Assembly: GCA_040954595.2 (NCBI GenBank)
Contig: CM082578.2
Span: 9,843,519 to 9,907,518, forward strand
DNA from: Balanoglossus misakiensis
Taxonomy: Eukaryota; Animalia; Hemichordata
Direction: 5' to 3'
DNA: 64,000 nucleotides
Shown: positions 39,673 to 53,187 of the stretch, piece by piece
Layout of the letters: every line of letters begins with the position of its first letter
Numbering within the stretch: the stretch's first letter is position 1
Notes under the pieces: generated by a model
The model's database searches: none
What the model saw: the letters and a program-made list of their open reading frames with translations, nothing else
Told to the model about the DNA's origin: nothing
Program-made: the position numbers and the translations under genes

Positions 39673-42600
39673 ATGGAACAGTATACCATTTTGGGACGGA
39701 TTGGAGAAGGGGCTCATGGCATCGTCTTCAAAGCCAAGCACATCGAGGTTCGTTCAAACACTGTTGCCATGGTAACTTGTGGAAAGAGTGTACTGTACCC
39801 ATCATTCATGTCGTTCATTCAGCTTTGTACAGATACAAATGTAATGTAAGTTTTGCGTATCTGATAGACCATAATATAATTTATTTGCAGACTGGAGAAA
39901 TTGCTGCAATGAAGAAAGTGCCCCTGAGGAAATTAGATGATGGGATTCCAAACACTGCTCTGAGGTGAGAGTTCTTACCATGGTTTGAGACTTGAATGAC
40001 AAAATGGCAACACAGATGTATTCAGGTGTTTTCTTGATCAATACAAAAGAATCATATTATGTATATGAAAGTAATTTACACAATCACATTGTCATGGACA
40101 GTTTATTTTAATAGGATTTCTTTTTACAGGGAAATAAAAGCACTACAAGAGATTGACGAAAATCAACATGTAAGTATGATTCATTCAGCTGTCTCTTTGT
40201 ATCAACCAACCAACCAACCCAATCAATTCCAAACGCAGCATTTCCACCCAAAATGGCTCAGTGAAAGGGATTTGAAAACTTACCGTGGTCTTTTGTGTTT
40301 CCAGATTGTAAAACTACGGGATGTGTTCCCGCATTGCACTGGCTTCGTCCTTGTCTTTGAGTTCATGTTATCTGATCTGTCGGAAGTGGTAAGGAACTGC
40401 GACAAGCCGCTGACTGAAGCCCAGATCAAGAGCTACATGCAGATGTTACTGAAAGGTGTCACCTATTGCCATGAAAATTCCATAATGCATCGGGTGAGTA
40501 GAGCCAAGATGTCGACCTCGCTTGCCAAGGGTCAACTTGGCTGGATTAATGTAGTCTGGCTGTGAATCCCATTCAAGTGAAATATGTTTAGGTATATATT
40601 GGTAGTTTCAATCTGATCAAAATCTGATGTAGAGTTGGCTTGATCTTTACATCTGCTGGTTCTTTTGTGTTCTTTTTGGGGGTGGGGGTGGGGGTGGTCT
40701 TTTCTTCTGTGGTCCTCCCTGGTGTATATTCCAAAGAACACTCCAGTGTCTGTGTGGGATATTTAATTCAGAAGTAGGTCTATTCGTACACATTACGGTC
40801 TCATTGCATTGGTCAGGTAAAAGTTGCCTACATTACAAGTGTCACTTTGGTTTCTTTGACAGGACTTGAAACCGGCCAACCTGCTGATTAGTGAGACTGG
40901 ACACCTCAAACTGGCCGATTTTGGTCTGGCCAGGGTGTTCAACAACGATGAGGGCAGACAGTACAGCCACCAAGTCGCAACAAGGCAAGTTTGATTGTAA
41001 CCCTACCACCCCCAGTGCCTTTAGTACTTAGTCCCACGTATCCATTCAAAATGAGCTGGACCAAGTTAGGTTGGGTGAATGACTGTCAATCTTTTTTTGT
41101 CATTCTCCAGTAGAAGTGAAAATACAGTACAGAACTGAAGTCAAGGGTAGAATTTATGTACATTGTACATGTATATCAGGGGACTTTGTAAAAATTTTAT
41201 TTAAGTTTTGCTTTATCGAACTCTGGCATTATTCTCATCTCTTTTAGATGGTATCGGGCACCTGAATTACTCTACGGAGCCAGGAAATATGACGAGGGAG
41301 TTGATCTCTGGTAAGATTTTTATAATCAGTTGCTGTTTATATGAATGCTTTTCATCTTCAATACAGCTGTTGCTTCTCTCGGTGCTGTGTGACGAAATGT
41401 GATTATAATAATTAGAGTTTTCTTTTATGTTCTTTATAGTGAACTACATGTAGGTAAATAAACCACCACACTTTCCGTCATCTTGATAGTAACAAGCTTG
41501 CTTTGTGACTTGAGTAAGAAAAACGAAGTAATTTGAAAATATGGACTTTGAGGGCACAATACTTGACCAAACCAAGATGTGTACCTGGATACTTGAAGGA
41601 ACATTTTACCTGGTAGAAAATTTGATCATCATCAGTGGAGCTCCCAAACATATTTAATAAAAATGTGCTTTTTAAATTGTGTCACTTGTAGGGCTGTTGG
41701 ATGCATATTTGGTGAGCTGCTGAACAACTCGCCTCTGTTTCCGGGTGAAAGTGACATCGAACAGTTGTGTTGTGTGCTGCGAGTTTTGGGTACACCCACT
41801 GAGAAAACATGGCCGGTAAGTTTTACTTGGTCTTGTGATAAATGGTCAGCTTTTGTCTCCCGGAATAGACATTTTGATAGCTGTCATGTAAGATACAATG
41901 TACAACGTCATTCAGATGTCTACAATGACATTGCATTTCACACATATACATACTTTGATGACAAGATGAATACTTAGAGTTCAAACGTGTTTTAGCGAGT
42001 AGAACAAGAAACTGTAGTTGTTGCACAGACAAAACTAGTGATATCATCAAATGTTCCAACTGTCATGTAATCTCAATCATTCATGCCAACATGCACTCAT
42101 TACTTGCTCACAGGGAATGAAAGATCTACCCGATTATAAGAAGATCACATTTCCTGAAAATCCTCCAATACCATTGGAGCAAATCGTACCAGATGCCCCG
42201 CCAAAGGTGAGTCTATTTATGGTAGTTAATGCTATAACTCTTGAGATATTGCATTGGATTGTGTGGGAAAAGGGGATAGAAGGCAAATTGAACTTTTTTT
42301 GTGCGTGTTCTGTTTTCTAGAGTGACACCACTTCTTTGTTAATTTTACCTCTTTTTGTCATTTCTTTGACAGGCTCTAGACTTGCTCAAGAAATTTTTAG
42401 TGTATCCGTCCAAGCAAAGGATATCTGCGGCAGAGGTAACTAGAAAGTATTTAGAAAGTATTTCGAATTGAAATGATTTTATATGAGAAATTGTGTCATT
42501 CCACCACACAATATAAAGGATTATTTGTATAAAACCATGTCATGCTGTGTCTGTCGGTGTTTGACACACACAGAGATCACAGCTTGCCAGATTTTACAAA

Positions 42601-42870
42601 TCCTTCAACCCTGTGACCCAGGTGAAACGCTGGAATATTATTTTGCTAGTAATGCCGGATTGATTCATTTCTTTGTTTCCCGTCCAGGCCCTGTTGCATC
42701 CGTACTTCTTCACCGAGCCCTTGCCCGCTCACCATTCGGAGCTCCCCAGACCCACCAGGAGCCACAAGAAGAGACAACACGCGCAGCACGCCTACGAATA
42801 CGACGTGGATTCCTCGCTTGAATTCTCATTGGTGGATCCAGACCTGATCGCACCGTTCGTCTGGCGATGA
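39673..42870 (+). CDS. CDK20: Cyclin-dependent kinase 20 (CCRK), 10 coding exons
   Basis: Exons 39673-39747, 39891-39964, 40130-40169, 40305-40493, 40863-40984, 41248-41310, 41692-41815, 42114-42206, 42373-42435 and 42688-42870. They give [25 protein letters not shown]...PNTALRE...[10 protein letters not shown]...DFGLAR...[18 protein letters not shown]...[19 protein letters not shown], diagnostic of CDK20. Confidence 0.96.
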
Positions 42871-43150
42871 ACATGTGTTGCCGCCTTTTTGGGGGGCACA
42901 GAGCATGGTGATGTGATCTCTGACCTTTGGCACCTGCTGACATTTTCTGCATTCGCTGCCAATCCTGGAGGATCCATTTTGTTCTGTTCAGTTGTGGGGT
43001 GTACACTGCAGACACTGAACCAAAAAGCAAAGAGAGCTTTCTTGCATTTCGTCATTTTATAAAAGCAAATGAAAAGCAAAATACAGATGTAGATACATGG
43101 TGTAGTCTTATTGATGTGATATACTTATTGGTTCAATATTTGTATGACTG

Positions 43151-43183
43151 TAAATAAATAAATAAATAAATAAACAAATAAAT
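43151..43183 (+). terminator. (TAAA)n tract containing overlapping AATAAA signals; probable CDK20 polyadenylation signal
   Basis: taaataaataaataaataaataaacaaataaat about 280 nt after the stop codon. Confidence 0.55.
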
Positions 43184-45453
43184 GAAGACATGACTCAATT
43201 ATGCTTGTGTTTACCATTTTATTATCAACCACTTCCCCTGTAGTTTTATTTGGACATTTTATCCTGTTTAAACCCCCCCCCCCAATCCCAAATGAAAGAA
43301 ATTATTATCCAATATGAAAAATGACTGCACATGTTTTATTCCTTATCAAAAAATTCCTGGTTGATGCACCAGTACAAAAAGATGAACATTTTAACTGTGT
43401 TGATTGACTGAATCACAGTAATAATTGATACTTAACATCAAGTATTTATTATACAGTTTAGTTACAGATTTTAGCGCTTTGTTTTGTATCAGCTGTTGGC
43501 TGGAAAAAAAAACCCTGACTGCATCAATATTTTCAGACACTGATACAATACTGTAATTTGTGCTCAACCGTCATGTGACTTCTTTGGTGCCTTTTTGTAT
43601 ACAGAGAATCCGAATACATGTACAATGTATTATGTACATAGTTTCTCTGTGAATGTAGCTGATGTGATAATTTCCATGAATGCGCATATTTTCTCGATGG
43701 ATCTGTCTACAAAATCACTAAATTTGACCACATGTCGTGGTTCACAAGCCAATCTTTCACTTCTTTACAGTAATACAATACATTAGTCCTGTCTGGATTT
43801 TAATATTCCTTTCAATCACATGTTGTATCATTTTTCTCCTCTGCGGGTTTCGTCCGTCTCTTGTTTTAAGAAAAACTAAGTGCGCTGTGCAAGAATGCAA
43901 AATGTGGACTTCCACAGGGCTGAAAATCACAAGTAGAGATTCCGGACAAACCATGAATATCATGGCACAATAAAGTCCCAAGAAACTCTACACTGCCTCA
44001 TGCTGTTTTTTTTTTGTGAAGATGTGGCGGCACAAGACTCTTGAAAACCAGACCCGGACAAAGGAAATGAATAAAATAGAAGTAGGCCAATTACGTTTTC
44101 AAATATTTTGACATCAAGCAGACAATGTGACATTTTGATTTACAACCCACAGTTCATTATTTCAGGTGTGAGACAATCTCCAGGAATTTGGCCATGATTT
44201 GCCGCAATTACATTAGAATTAGCATTCAGTTAACAGACCTTTTCAATTTCTATTGTTAATTTTTTCCCCTCAAACTCACAGGCATTTCAGAAAGTCCTAG
44301 AGTTGCTAAAGAATAGCTTGCAATTCCCACATTGTTAAAATTCCTGCTCCCAGCATAGCACTTGAATTATTTTTGAGAATATAAATGGCTTTCAAAAAGA
44401 TACACCAACCTTCTCCGACCGTTAGTAAACTCTGCATTCTACAAATACAAATCCTTAGTTAGAATGAAAGACAATCATTCAACTACAAGATCCAGGATAA
44501 TCCAAAATAAAATTATCGTGGAGCAGTGACACGTTCAAAGAGCTTTCTGCTGCCAACTAATATGGTCAATACATGTACACACCCTTAGAGTTAGACACTT
44601 AAAACTATACGCCAAAAAAATAACACCTTAAAAAAATAATATCCAGTACAAAAGAATAAGCAAAATGAATGAATAAATACATAATATTAAGCATCAAAAA
44701 TAAAGATTAAAACTAAGAAAAATATTTAAATAAAAGTAAACTGAAGCACCTTTTCACTGTCCAGTATGATGATATTGGCAGCAAGCAGTGCCTCCCAAAG
44801 AAAACAACTCTATATATTATGAGCATGAATAGCTTGATGTCCTTGTCAGATTAATGAGATTAGCATAAAATGCAAAATAAATTGATCATAATTACACCAT
44901 TAATGGTTTGATATACCACTCATTCATGAAAAAAAAAAGTTCTCTTGTGTTTGAGTACATACATCAAATGTACTACTAGTTGCACATTCGTTAAAAATTA
45001 AAGCATATGAACCCTGATACACAGAGACCAATACTTTGCTGTGTGTACATTGTAGATTTATATGGTAGTCGTTATTACGACAGACATTGTGGTGGCCTGT
45101 TACTAAGGAATTCACTGACAAACAACGAGGTACACCGGAAGCTGTGCACATTCTATCCTACTTATTTAACCTCCTCTCAACAAGGAAGCTATTCGGGAAA
45201 AAGAAAATTTAGAAACCCTGCACATTGACTACAAAAGGATAGTTACATATATATTCCTTTGGTATAAAATGACCAAACCCTTTCCATTTTTGAGTTGCGA
45301 TTATGAGCACAACGAAAATACTGTACACTTGACTTTCATACCAACACTATGAGGTAACATGTCAAGCCCTCTCAGGCCCTAGAGAACCCTTGGGTTTGCA
45401 CCGGTGAAGCACACATGGAAATTATAAAGTTCATGTTTTATATTTTGTATTGT

Positions 45454-45744
45454 ATTATACCAGTATATTGATGGTGTAAATCACGCTATTTTATTGGTCG
45501 AGACACGACACGTGACTGTGATATATTCGTCACATACCACAGTCATATATCACGCAAAACTCATAGTCAAAGAAAATGCCTTTTTAAAATGTTCTATGCA
45601 AAGTTTCAATATACTGGTATAATATAATGGCAATAAAACACCCCCAGCCATGGTATACCACTCGATTTTGACCAGTTAAACTCCATATATGTCGTGAACT
45701 GGTCAAAATCTCGTGGTATACCATGGCTGGGGGTGTTTTATTGC
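45454..45744. mobile_element. Small non-autonomous repeat-like element with two stem-loops, in the SLC35A2 3' region
   Basis: 18-bp inverted pair attataccagtatattga (45454) / tcaatatactggtataat (45606), followed by a near-perfect ~115-bp hairpin at 45630-45744. Confidence 0.6.
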
Positions 45745-45846
45745 TTAAATACTTCCCAGTTCTAACACCACAGCTGGCAGCCAGATTAAGTACATAGCTG
45801 GTGAACCCGAAAATGAGAGGGGTTTACAAACTGACAAGATAGCCAT

Positions 45847-48800
45847 TTATTTATCTTCTTGGAAAGCCTTCTGAACTTCATTTATGTAATTCATAGTCAG
45901 GTTCTTGTCGCCGGCGGTCTGCTGGGGCAGAGCGGGCGGGCTGGCTTTGGGCCGGCTGTACAGGTACACGGCCAGTATGACCAAGGCGGTGCCAAAGGTG
46001 AACTGCAAGTTGACCGTGAAGCCGAAGAAGTAGACCGCGCAGATGGTGGAGATGATGATGGCGGCCGAGGTGGCGAAGCCCTTGAGGATGTTGTCGGCGT
46101 ACTTGACCACGATGGCCACCATGAGTCCGCCGAACGACTGCCAGCAGATGACGAACCAGACGAGTCCGTTGTAGCCGAAGAAGAAGCCGTTCTCCTGCAC
46201 CTTGCCGCCGTCCTTCATCCACATGCCGACCAGCCCGATGACGGTGCCGTACATGCCCAGCTGAATGTTCCGCAGCCACACGGACACCGACGAGCCCTTG
46301 AGGATCTTCTCGAAGTAGACCCCGGCGAAGCCCGACGACAGGCACGACAGTATGACCGCCACGAGTCCCAGCAGAGGGTTCTGGTGCATGTGCGCCGTGC
46401 CCTTCTCCGTGTGCTGCCCCTCGGGGTCCGTCGGCTGCACCTGCACGATGGCCACCCCGGCGAAGAGGATGCACAGCGAGATCCACTGCAAGGCACTGAG
46501 GCTCCGCCGCAGCATGATGACGCTGAACAGGGCCGTGGTCAGAATCTTCAGTTGGTAGGTGACCTGTTAAGTATAATCATACAATGTACACTTCAATATC
46601 CGTGTTTAATCCACCAGACACGACGTAGGAAATAGTGTTTTATCTGTGCCAGATTTATGTAATTCATTCTACCTTAAGGTGCTTCATGCTTGGATACATT
46701 GAATCATCACATGGTTGAATCATTTTTCGTGCTGATATGCAAAACAAGTGCATTATGGGTCAACACTGTCACCGGCCTTAAAAAATCATCAGCCATGGTG
46801 ACATTCAGTAGGAAATTTAGTGACTACAGCTGCAGTTATCGAATATTCTGGAGTGCCTTTTCCACCAAACTGATGAATTCATATGAAAACACAGTCACTT
46901 TTTTGCATGGTGATTCAGCACATGGATGGAATGTAATTCTATTCAAAACAGCAGGCAATAGTTGGATTTTAGTAATTTCTAAGACCTATATACATGTATC
47001 GTGAAACCACCTATGCAAAATTACCAATGCAGTAATTACCAACAAGCGTTGCCACGGTTACTAGAAAAGAAACCGTGGCGTTGCTAAAGAAGCAACGACA
47101 TGTATCTGGAGTCTAGGAACAAAACTAAAATGGCCTTCGTTGAAGTGGGTCAGTGTATCCCCTTTGGATTAATCACATTTTTTTTTTGCAGTCAGCAGTG
47201 TTCCAGAGATGAAGTCATGTACAAACAGTGATATAAGGTCACGATAACAGTGGGAAAATGCTCAAATGGTGTCAGGTTTTTTGGAATGAAAACAACGGTG
47301 GGGTCAACGTAATACAGGCCCCAAAATAACTGATAACCCATAGCTACATGTATCCTCACTCTTTAACTACCATTTTAGGGCTAGATAAGTGCCAGTACTG
47401 TTATCTATTCCAGAATAATTCACATTAAGTAAAATTGCAAAATCTTATGAGTGGGAGGAGTAACAATGACATCACTGTCTCCTTTGAATATGTGACATTC
47501 AAAACATACAAAAGGAATAAAAAAAATATCCCTGACCTATGCACCATATCAGACTCACACATTTTTTCTTGGTGTTATATTTTTTCTCTTCTTGTAAACT
47601 GTGTCAGTCATGAAAGCTGACAAATATTAATCCCTTTGTTTAGAGGGAGGGGTCAGGGGATCATGTGCCAAGCATGACCATGAAATTAATATCACAAATG
47701 AGAGTGTTGCACGCTAGGGGAGGGACAGGGTCTGTACCAACTTTCAGAATTCTTTTTCTGCGTACATGTAGTGATGCCTTGTCATCATCATCATCATCAT
47801 CGTCATCGTCATCATAATCATCATCATCATCATCAACATCATCATCATCATCATCATCACCACCACCACCTTATCATTGCACACTTTTTTGTTAAGTTGA
47901 TCGCCATAAACACAAGAAAAGTGGGGCACGTCCGCAAAGCCATTTTTTCCCTCACCTGGAAGGTAGCCGCGCTCAAATTGGATATTGCTGTGTAGAGAAG
48001 ATTATTCTGGATGGTATACGCCAGCGCCGGAACGGACAGCTTTAAGGTGTCCACGGGCTGACCGATGATGTTCTTGTGGAGGAACGCCAGGAACTTGCCG
48101 ACGTGGAAGTTACACTGGTAGAGGATGATGAGCAGACAAGTGAGGAGCTTGATGACTTCTGTCATGACCACGGCCGTCGTGGCGAAGTACATGTCGCCCT
48201 TGACGGTCCGGGTGTAGCGCATGACCAGGATAAGAGACGCATTCTGCACCACCAGTACAACCAGACTGATATACTTCAGATGTGTTGAGGAGGCTGGGGT
48301 CAAAAAAAAAAAGAAGGAAAAATAATTCCATCATTTCATGGCTATATCATGCACAGTGAAATGAAATAATCTCTAGCTCGATTGACAAATTTTTAAAGCT
48401 ATTTTAGCACATAATTCATACTCACAACTCACAAAATTTGTCATACCAAAAAAAAAAAAAAAATCAAGGGCACTGTGACGATATGGTGATAAGCGATGCA
48501 CTGTGCCATTAACAACAGTAAAATGATATCAATTATTTTCAATTTTCACGAACATAATACAATGACTGCTATACCTATAATTAACCTACCAGCATAACAG
48601 CGTTTACACCAGTAAAAATATAAATACCGCATTGTGTTCATCGTGAATTCCACACACAGCTGCTCATTAAGCACACAGAGACAGCAAACTGCATACTATT
48701 ATATACAGGGATATAGACGGGCTTGCATATATGTACAAATTCACATGTCATTTGAAAACCATATGGGGGATAACAATTTTTTCCATTGAATTGCAAGATC

Positions 48801-51800
48801 AACTTCCGGTGCATGTATAGCCCTCAGCTGCCATGATGCACTGACAGTGGGGGTAGCTCAAATTTGCATAAAAAGAGCACGGCTCCAATGTACTCTAAAC
48901 GAGTGGATGTTATATTAAACTGTGTGCATTTGTGAAATTGAATGCACCAGATGGTACTACAGTGACGGTGAAATCTGTCCATTTTACCTCTGTGATTTAA
49001 AATTTGTCCACTGGGTTGAAAAATATTTCAGACCAGAAGCAATTAAAGCATACTTGACTGGGTATCGTCTGCTTTCTAAATTGCATTTCAAAAGGTATTC
49101 TATGCCGCGCAGGAATTGAGTTCAAAGGTTAAAGGATATTGTAGAGACAAAATGTGGTTTCATTGGTGACAGAGTGCAGTTCACACAATCGACCATTCAT
49201 GACTGACATGAAGTGTCGGAAATGGCAGTGACACTGTATGACAAGCCAACTGCTGCATAAACAGTGCTCCCATGGTATGCAAAAATTGCAACTTATACTG
49301 GTATGGCAAATTTGTCAGTCATTTCGGAAATACGTGTATTATTGGGCATGCATACATGTGTGAAGGTCAACACTGAAATTTCATTTGGAAGAAACCTAAA
49401 TGACTCGAGTATCTGACAAAAAAATATTTGAAACGAGGGTTTCGAGACATCCCTGGTCTCGAAGCCCTAATGACAGTTTGCAACAAATGACTTGGTCTTA
49501 ATATTTCTAAAACCATCACCCATTATCTGGGAAGGGTATTGCAAATAAATGACTCAAACAAAATAAAAATCTAGGGACATTATCAGTTTCTTAAATTCTG
49601 TATCATATTTCTAGTTCTATAATACAATCACCCCCCCCCCCCCCCCCCCAGTATCCTCTGTAGAAGTCCAACCTTACCATAGAAAACAATGAGTTTGGAC
49701 TGAACCATGGTGGTGAAAGGGTTAAGTTTGCTGCAGATTAGAATCAATCATGGGTGGTTTTTCTTCTAACAACCTATATTTTGTCACATCTTTCAGTGGT
49801 AGTGCTTCCTTCGCCTAATACAAATGTACATATAAATATTTTTGCGTATGCGGACATTAATAATCTTCAGTTCTCCCAGAGTACAGCTGTATTAACTGTC
49901 CGGTATCCGGTGCCATCAGAGATGCATTCATTGACTGTTTTACTGAAAACACCAGCACATATACAGGTTATAGATGTAATTATGATGCAAACTCCCACCT
50001 GACCTGAACAATTTCATCTGAAAACAAGTATAAGAAAGCCAACTGATGCCAAGATTCTGAACAGCTAAATACACGAACAGTACAACATGGTTATAGTACA
50101 ATGACTTTGGCATGAGTATCTAAGTTTACACTAATAATACCTTTATGAAATGAGCAAAAGATGGGGACCATCACAATAATGTCCCAAAATGCTGAACAAC
50201 AGTCTTCCATGATGAAAGTGCTCCAAAAATTCAGCAGGACAAAAAAACGCAGCAGGCAGAACCCAGAACTGACAGTCTGACACAATGGCAGAATTAAACA
50301 AAATCACGCGAAGAAACAATCACGTATCTACCGTAATTTGTCATATTTGACCTGACCTTTGACGAGGTCACTGAGACGTGTTGGAGAGAGATTTGAGCGT
50401 ATGAGCTTAGCTTTAACACGGATTCGTTACTGTGTATTTATTATAGTCAAACAATTTCCATTGTTAGTCTCTTATGATGTATGCTTAACTGCATATAGGC
50501 GGGTTCTCACTAGATCAACTATGGTGGTGCAGCAACATTGTTTTTTCCGCACTTGCACAAAAAACATCCGCACTGGTGAGACAGGTCCCATTAGTCGGCG
50601 AAACACTCCCCAACGTATGGACGCAAACTGTTTCTTGGGCTTAAGACGGGAGCTCTGTAACGCCATAGCTAAAACTAGTGAGAAGATGTGACTACCAACG
50701 CCATGATGCTACATGTCTACGTCTTTCATACCCACCTTGTTGTTGAGGTGTGACTGAGGGCTGAGTCACAGCGTCTTTCTGATCTGAACCGAGTTGGAGG
50801 ACGGCTACACGCACAGTACAGTAACATCACACGGAAAGTTGGCAGAGATCGTCATTAAAGGGAAACAGCACAAAGAAAGACAAAAAAGAGTGCATTAAAC
50901 CAGAAACATACGGTGAAGAGTTACACAAAAAACAGTGATATGTTTGGTTACACAGAGTGAATGTGATAAACATGAACATCAATCATTACAATGACATAAA
51001 TGTAGGAGAAGAATGCATAATTAGTTATTGAAAATGAACGGATTTGAATCATGCACATATTAAATTGTCATGGATGTTAACGAAAATGCATGCAGGGATG
51101 ATCCAGGGACATTAGGAAAATATGATGTAAACAGCTTCTTTGGGTTTTGTAGTTGTTTGTTGTTAGTCATATATACCCTGAACTTCTAGATTTAAAAGTC
51201 CAGACACAACGTTCCTTGTATTTTTTTTTTTCGCTTTTCCATCACCTAGTATGCAGTGTGTGTCTTGAGAATTAACCCACAATTAAGTCACAATTCGGTG
51301 AAAAATTTCGGCTGCAAGTTCATGTCACTGATATTTGTGAGTCTTCTAAAATGGTACATGTATTGTGCAACTTGCCATCATTGTCAGTTTTCACTTAATG
51401 AAGTTGGTGGTGGAACAGACACTGAGCAGAAACGGAAATTTACACATTAAAAAAACAAAAACTAATTTGGAAGGTTGATAGGTGACAAATTGGATTATAT
51501 GATTGGATATCAGGAATTAGCAATCCTCTACTGAAGTACCATTTATTACTGGCGCTCTTCACAAAGGGAGAATTCTCTTTCCAACCAATAGCAAAACGAT
51601 ATGTGCTATAATCTAAAGTTTATTATTCTGTAATCCCCATCAACATATGTTTGTGGCAGCAGCTGTTGGTGAAAAAACCTTGTCTTGATTCAAATCAACT
51701 CTACAGTACATGTAGAATTCTGAGTTACATTAAAGCCCTGATAGCTGCCAATTTTTGAATTTTGATGGTTTTACTTTCAAACTTAAAATGGTCAATTTCA

Positions 51801-52967
51801 ATGAGCTAACTTATGGATAATACACAAACATATTATCAACCTTTGATTGTGGCTGTACATTTAACTATGAATGAGTGTTTAAAAAAACACTTGTGGAATG
51901 TATTACTATAACATAACATAACATCACACACATGACAACTGAACAAAACTCTGATATAATATATATAATGCATTTGGCACTTGCCAATAGTTTTCAGCCA
52001 AACAACATGGAAAGAAGTTTTGTTGCAGTTCACTTATTATTGAGATTGCAATCAGTTTTAATTACATGTGCCATGATATTATAAAGATGGAAAAAATACT
52101 CAATTCGTCTAAACACCCTTGAAAAATATTATGTATTGTCATGACAGCGGCAGTTACTGGGTATGTGTCATTTGTTTAAAAAGTTGATGGCAATAAATGA
52201 ATCATCCCCAAGCAAAAAGACTCAACGGTTGGGTTGCATGCATCTTGTTTCGCAAACAGCACTGATTTAGTACATAATTTATATTACTAGTATGAGGTGG
52301 GTTGAACACCAGTCTATATATAAACCATGCATTAATTAGTGTACACAGCAGAGCCTAGGCGGTATAAGGCATACAACCAGTACAGGTCTGTGTTACACGG
52401 CCTCCACCTCCATCATGTGACGCCAGGAACACACAGACCTGTACGCAGAGCTCATTCTTCTAACACTTTTTACTAGATCACACCCCAAGAACCAGTTGAT
52501 GCTATTGTCAACGACTACAAGTGTCACTTTCAAAACAATCACACCCACACCCTGGGTCACCATAAATAGACAACCTTGCCTGGTTTATAAATTCTTCGAT
52601 AATATATTTTAAGAAAATTAATGGAAAATAGAAAGAAGCTAGCAATTTTCTCTTCGAACGGAGGTAAACGAAGGGATCGCGGTGACAAACAAACCATTTA
52701 CTACTGTTTTAAGTTATGAGAGGTAACCCATTGATAACCAATCGACACGTATTCAAGTGTGTGTACAAACTATGTACGCCAGGTGTTCCCACCTGGTCGC
52801 AGCCAGAAATTCCTACGATTTGGCTAGACACTGCACGTATGCGGATGGTAATTCAATATACCTGGCACTGGGGACAGTAAACCCGCCACCTAAAATTAAC
52901 ACACAGTGTCCATACCTGTCGAAGACGTAGTACTAGTTGACGAATCAGTCTTGGCGACACCGGCCAT
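45847..52967 (-). CDS. SLC35A2: Nucleotide-sugar transporter, UDP-galactose translocator type (SLC35A2; SLC35A3 not fully excluded)
   Basis: Exons 52916-52967 ([10 protein letters not shown]...), probable 50736-50804 (69 nt, phase 1-1), 47956-48293 ([25 protein letters not shown]...[14 protein letters not shown]...IQNNLLY...LSAATFQ) and 45847-46563 ([14 protein letters not shown]...[15 protein letters not shown]...[15 protein letters not shown]). Confidence 0.9.
47782..47870. repeat. Intronic (CAT)n microsatellite
   Basis: Directly visible. Confidence 0.95.
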
Positions 52968-53187
52968 GATGACAGCACTCCTGTCTCGTGTGTGGCGGAA
53001 ACGGGCAATGCCGTTCATACGAGAATCAGCGAGACATGACATGACAACGAAAAGATTTTAATATATGCATGTGACCTTTCAACTTTGCTACATCATGGCG
53101 GACTAGAGCGTGGGCCATGTGTTCGCCGCATAGTTGACTGAGGCTCCGGATTTCAAGCGCTAGTTGTACATATTTATTCGTGTGAAA
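52968..53187. promoter_or_regulatory. Compact bidirectional promoter shared by SLC35A2 and CHCHD4
   Basis: Only 220 bp separate the two divergent ATGs; contains CGGAA ETS-like and CATGGCG YY1-like motifs. Confidence 0.75.

Noticed and set aside
45859-46635. 258-aa plus-strand ORF and overlapping alternative-frame ORFs
   Set aside because: Antisense and off-frame shadows of the GC-rich SLC35A2 exon.
47744-47995. Poly-His and poly-Met ORFs
   Set aside because: Translations of an intronic (CAT)n microsatellite.
49770-50030. Additional SLC35A2 exons
   Set aside because: Candidate splice sites do not give phases compatible with the flanking phase-1 junctions.
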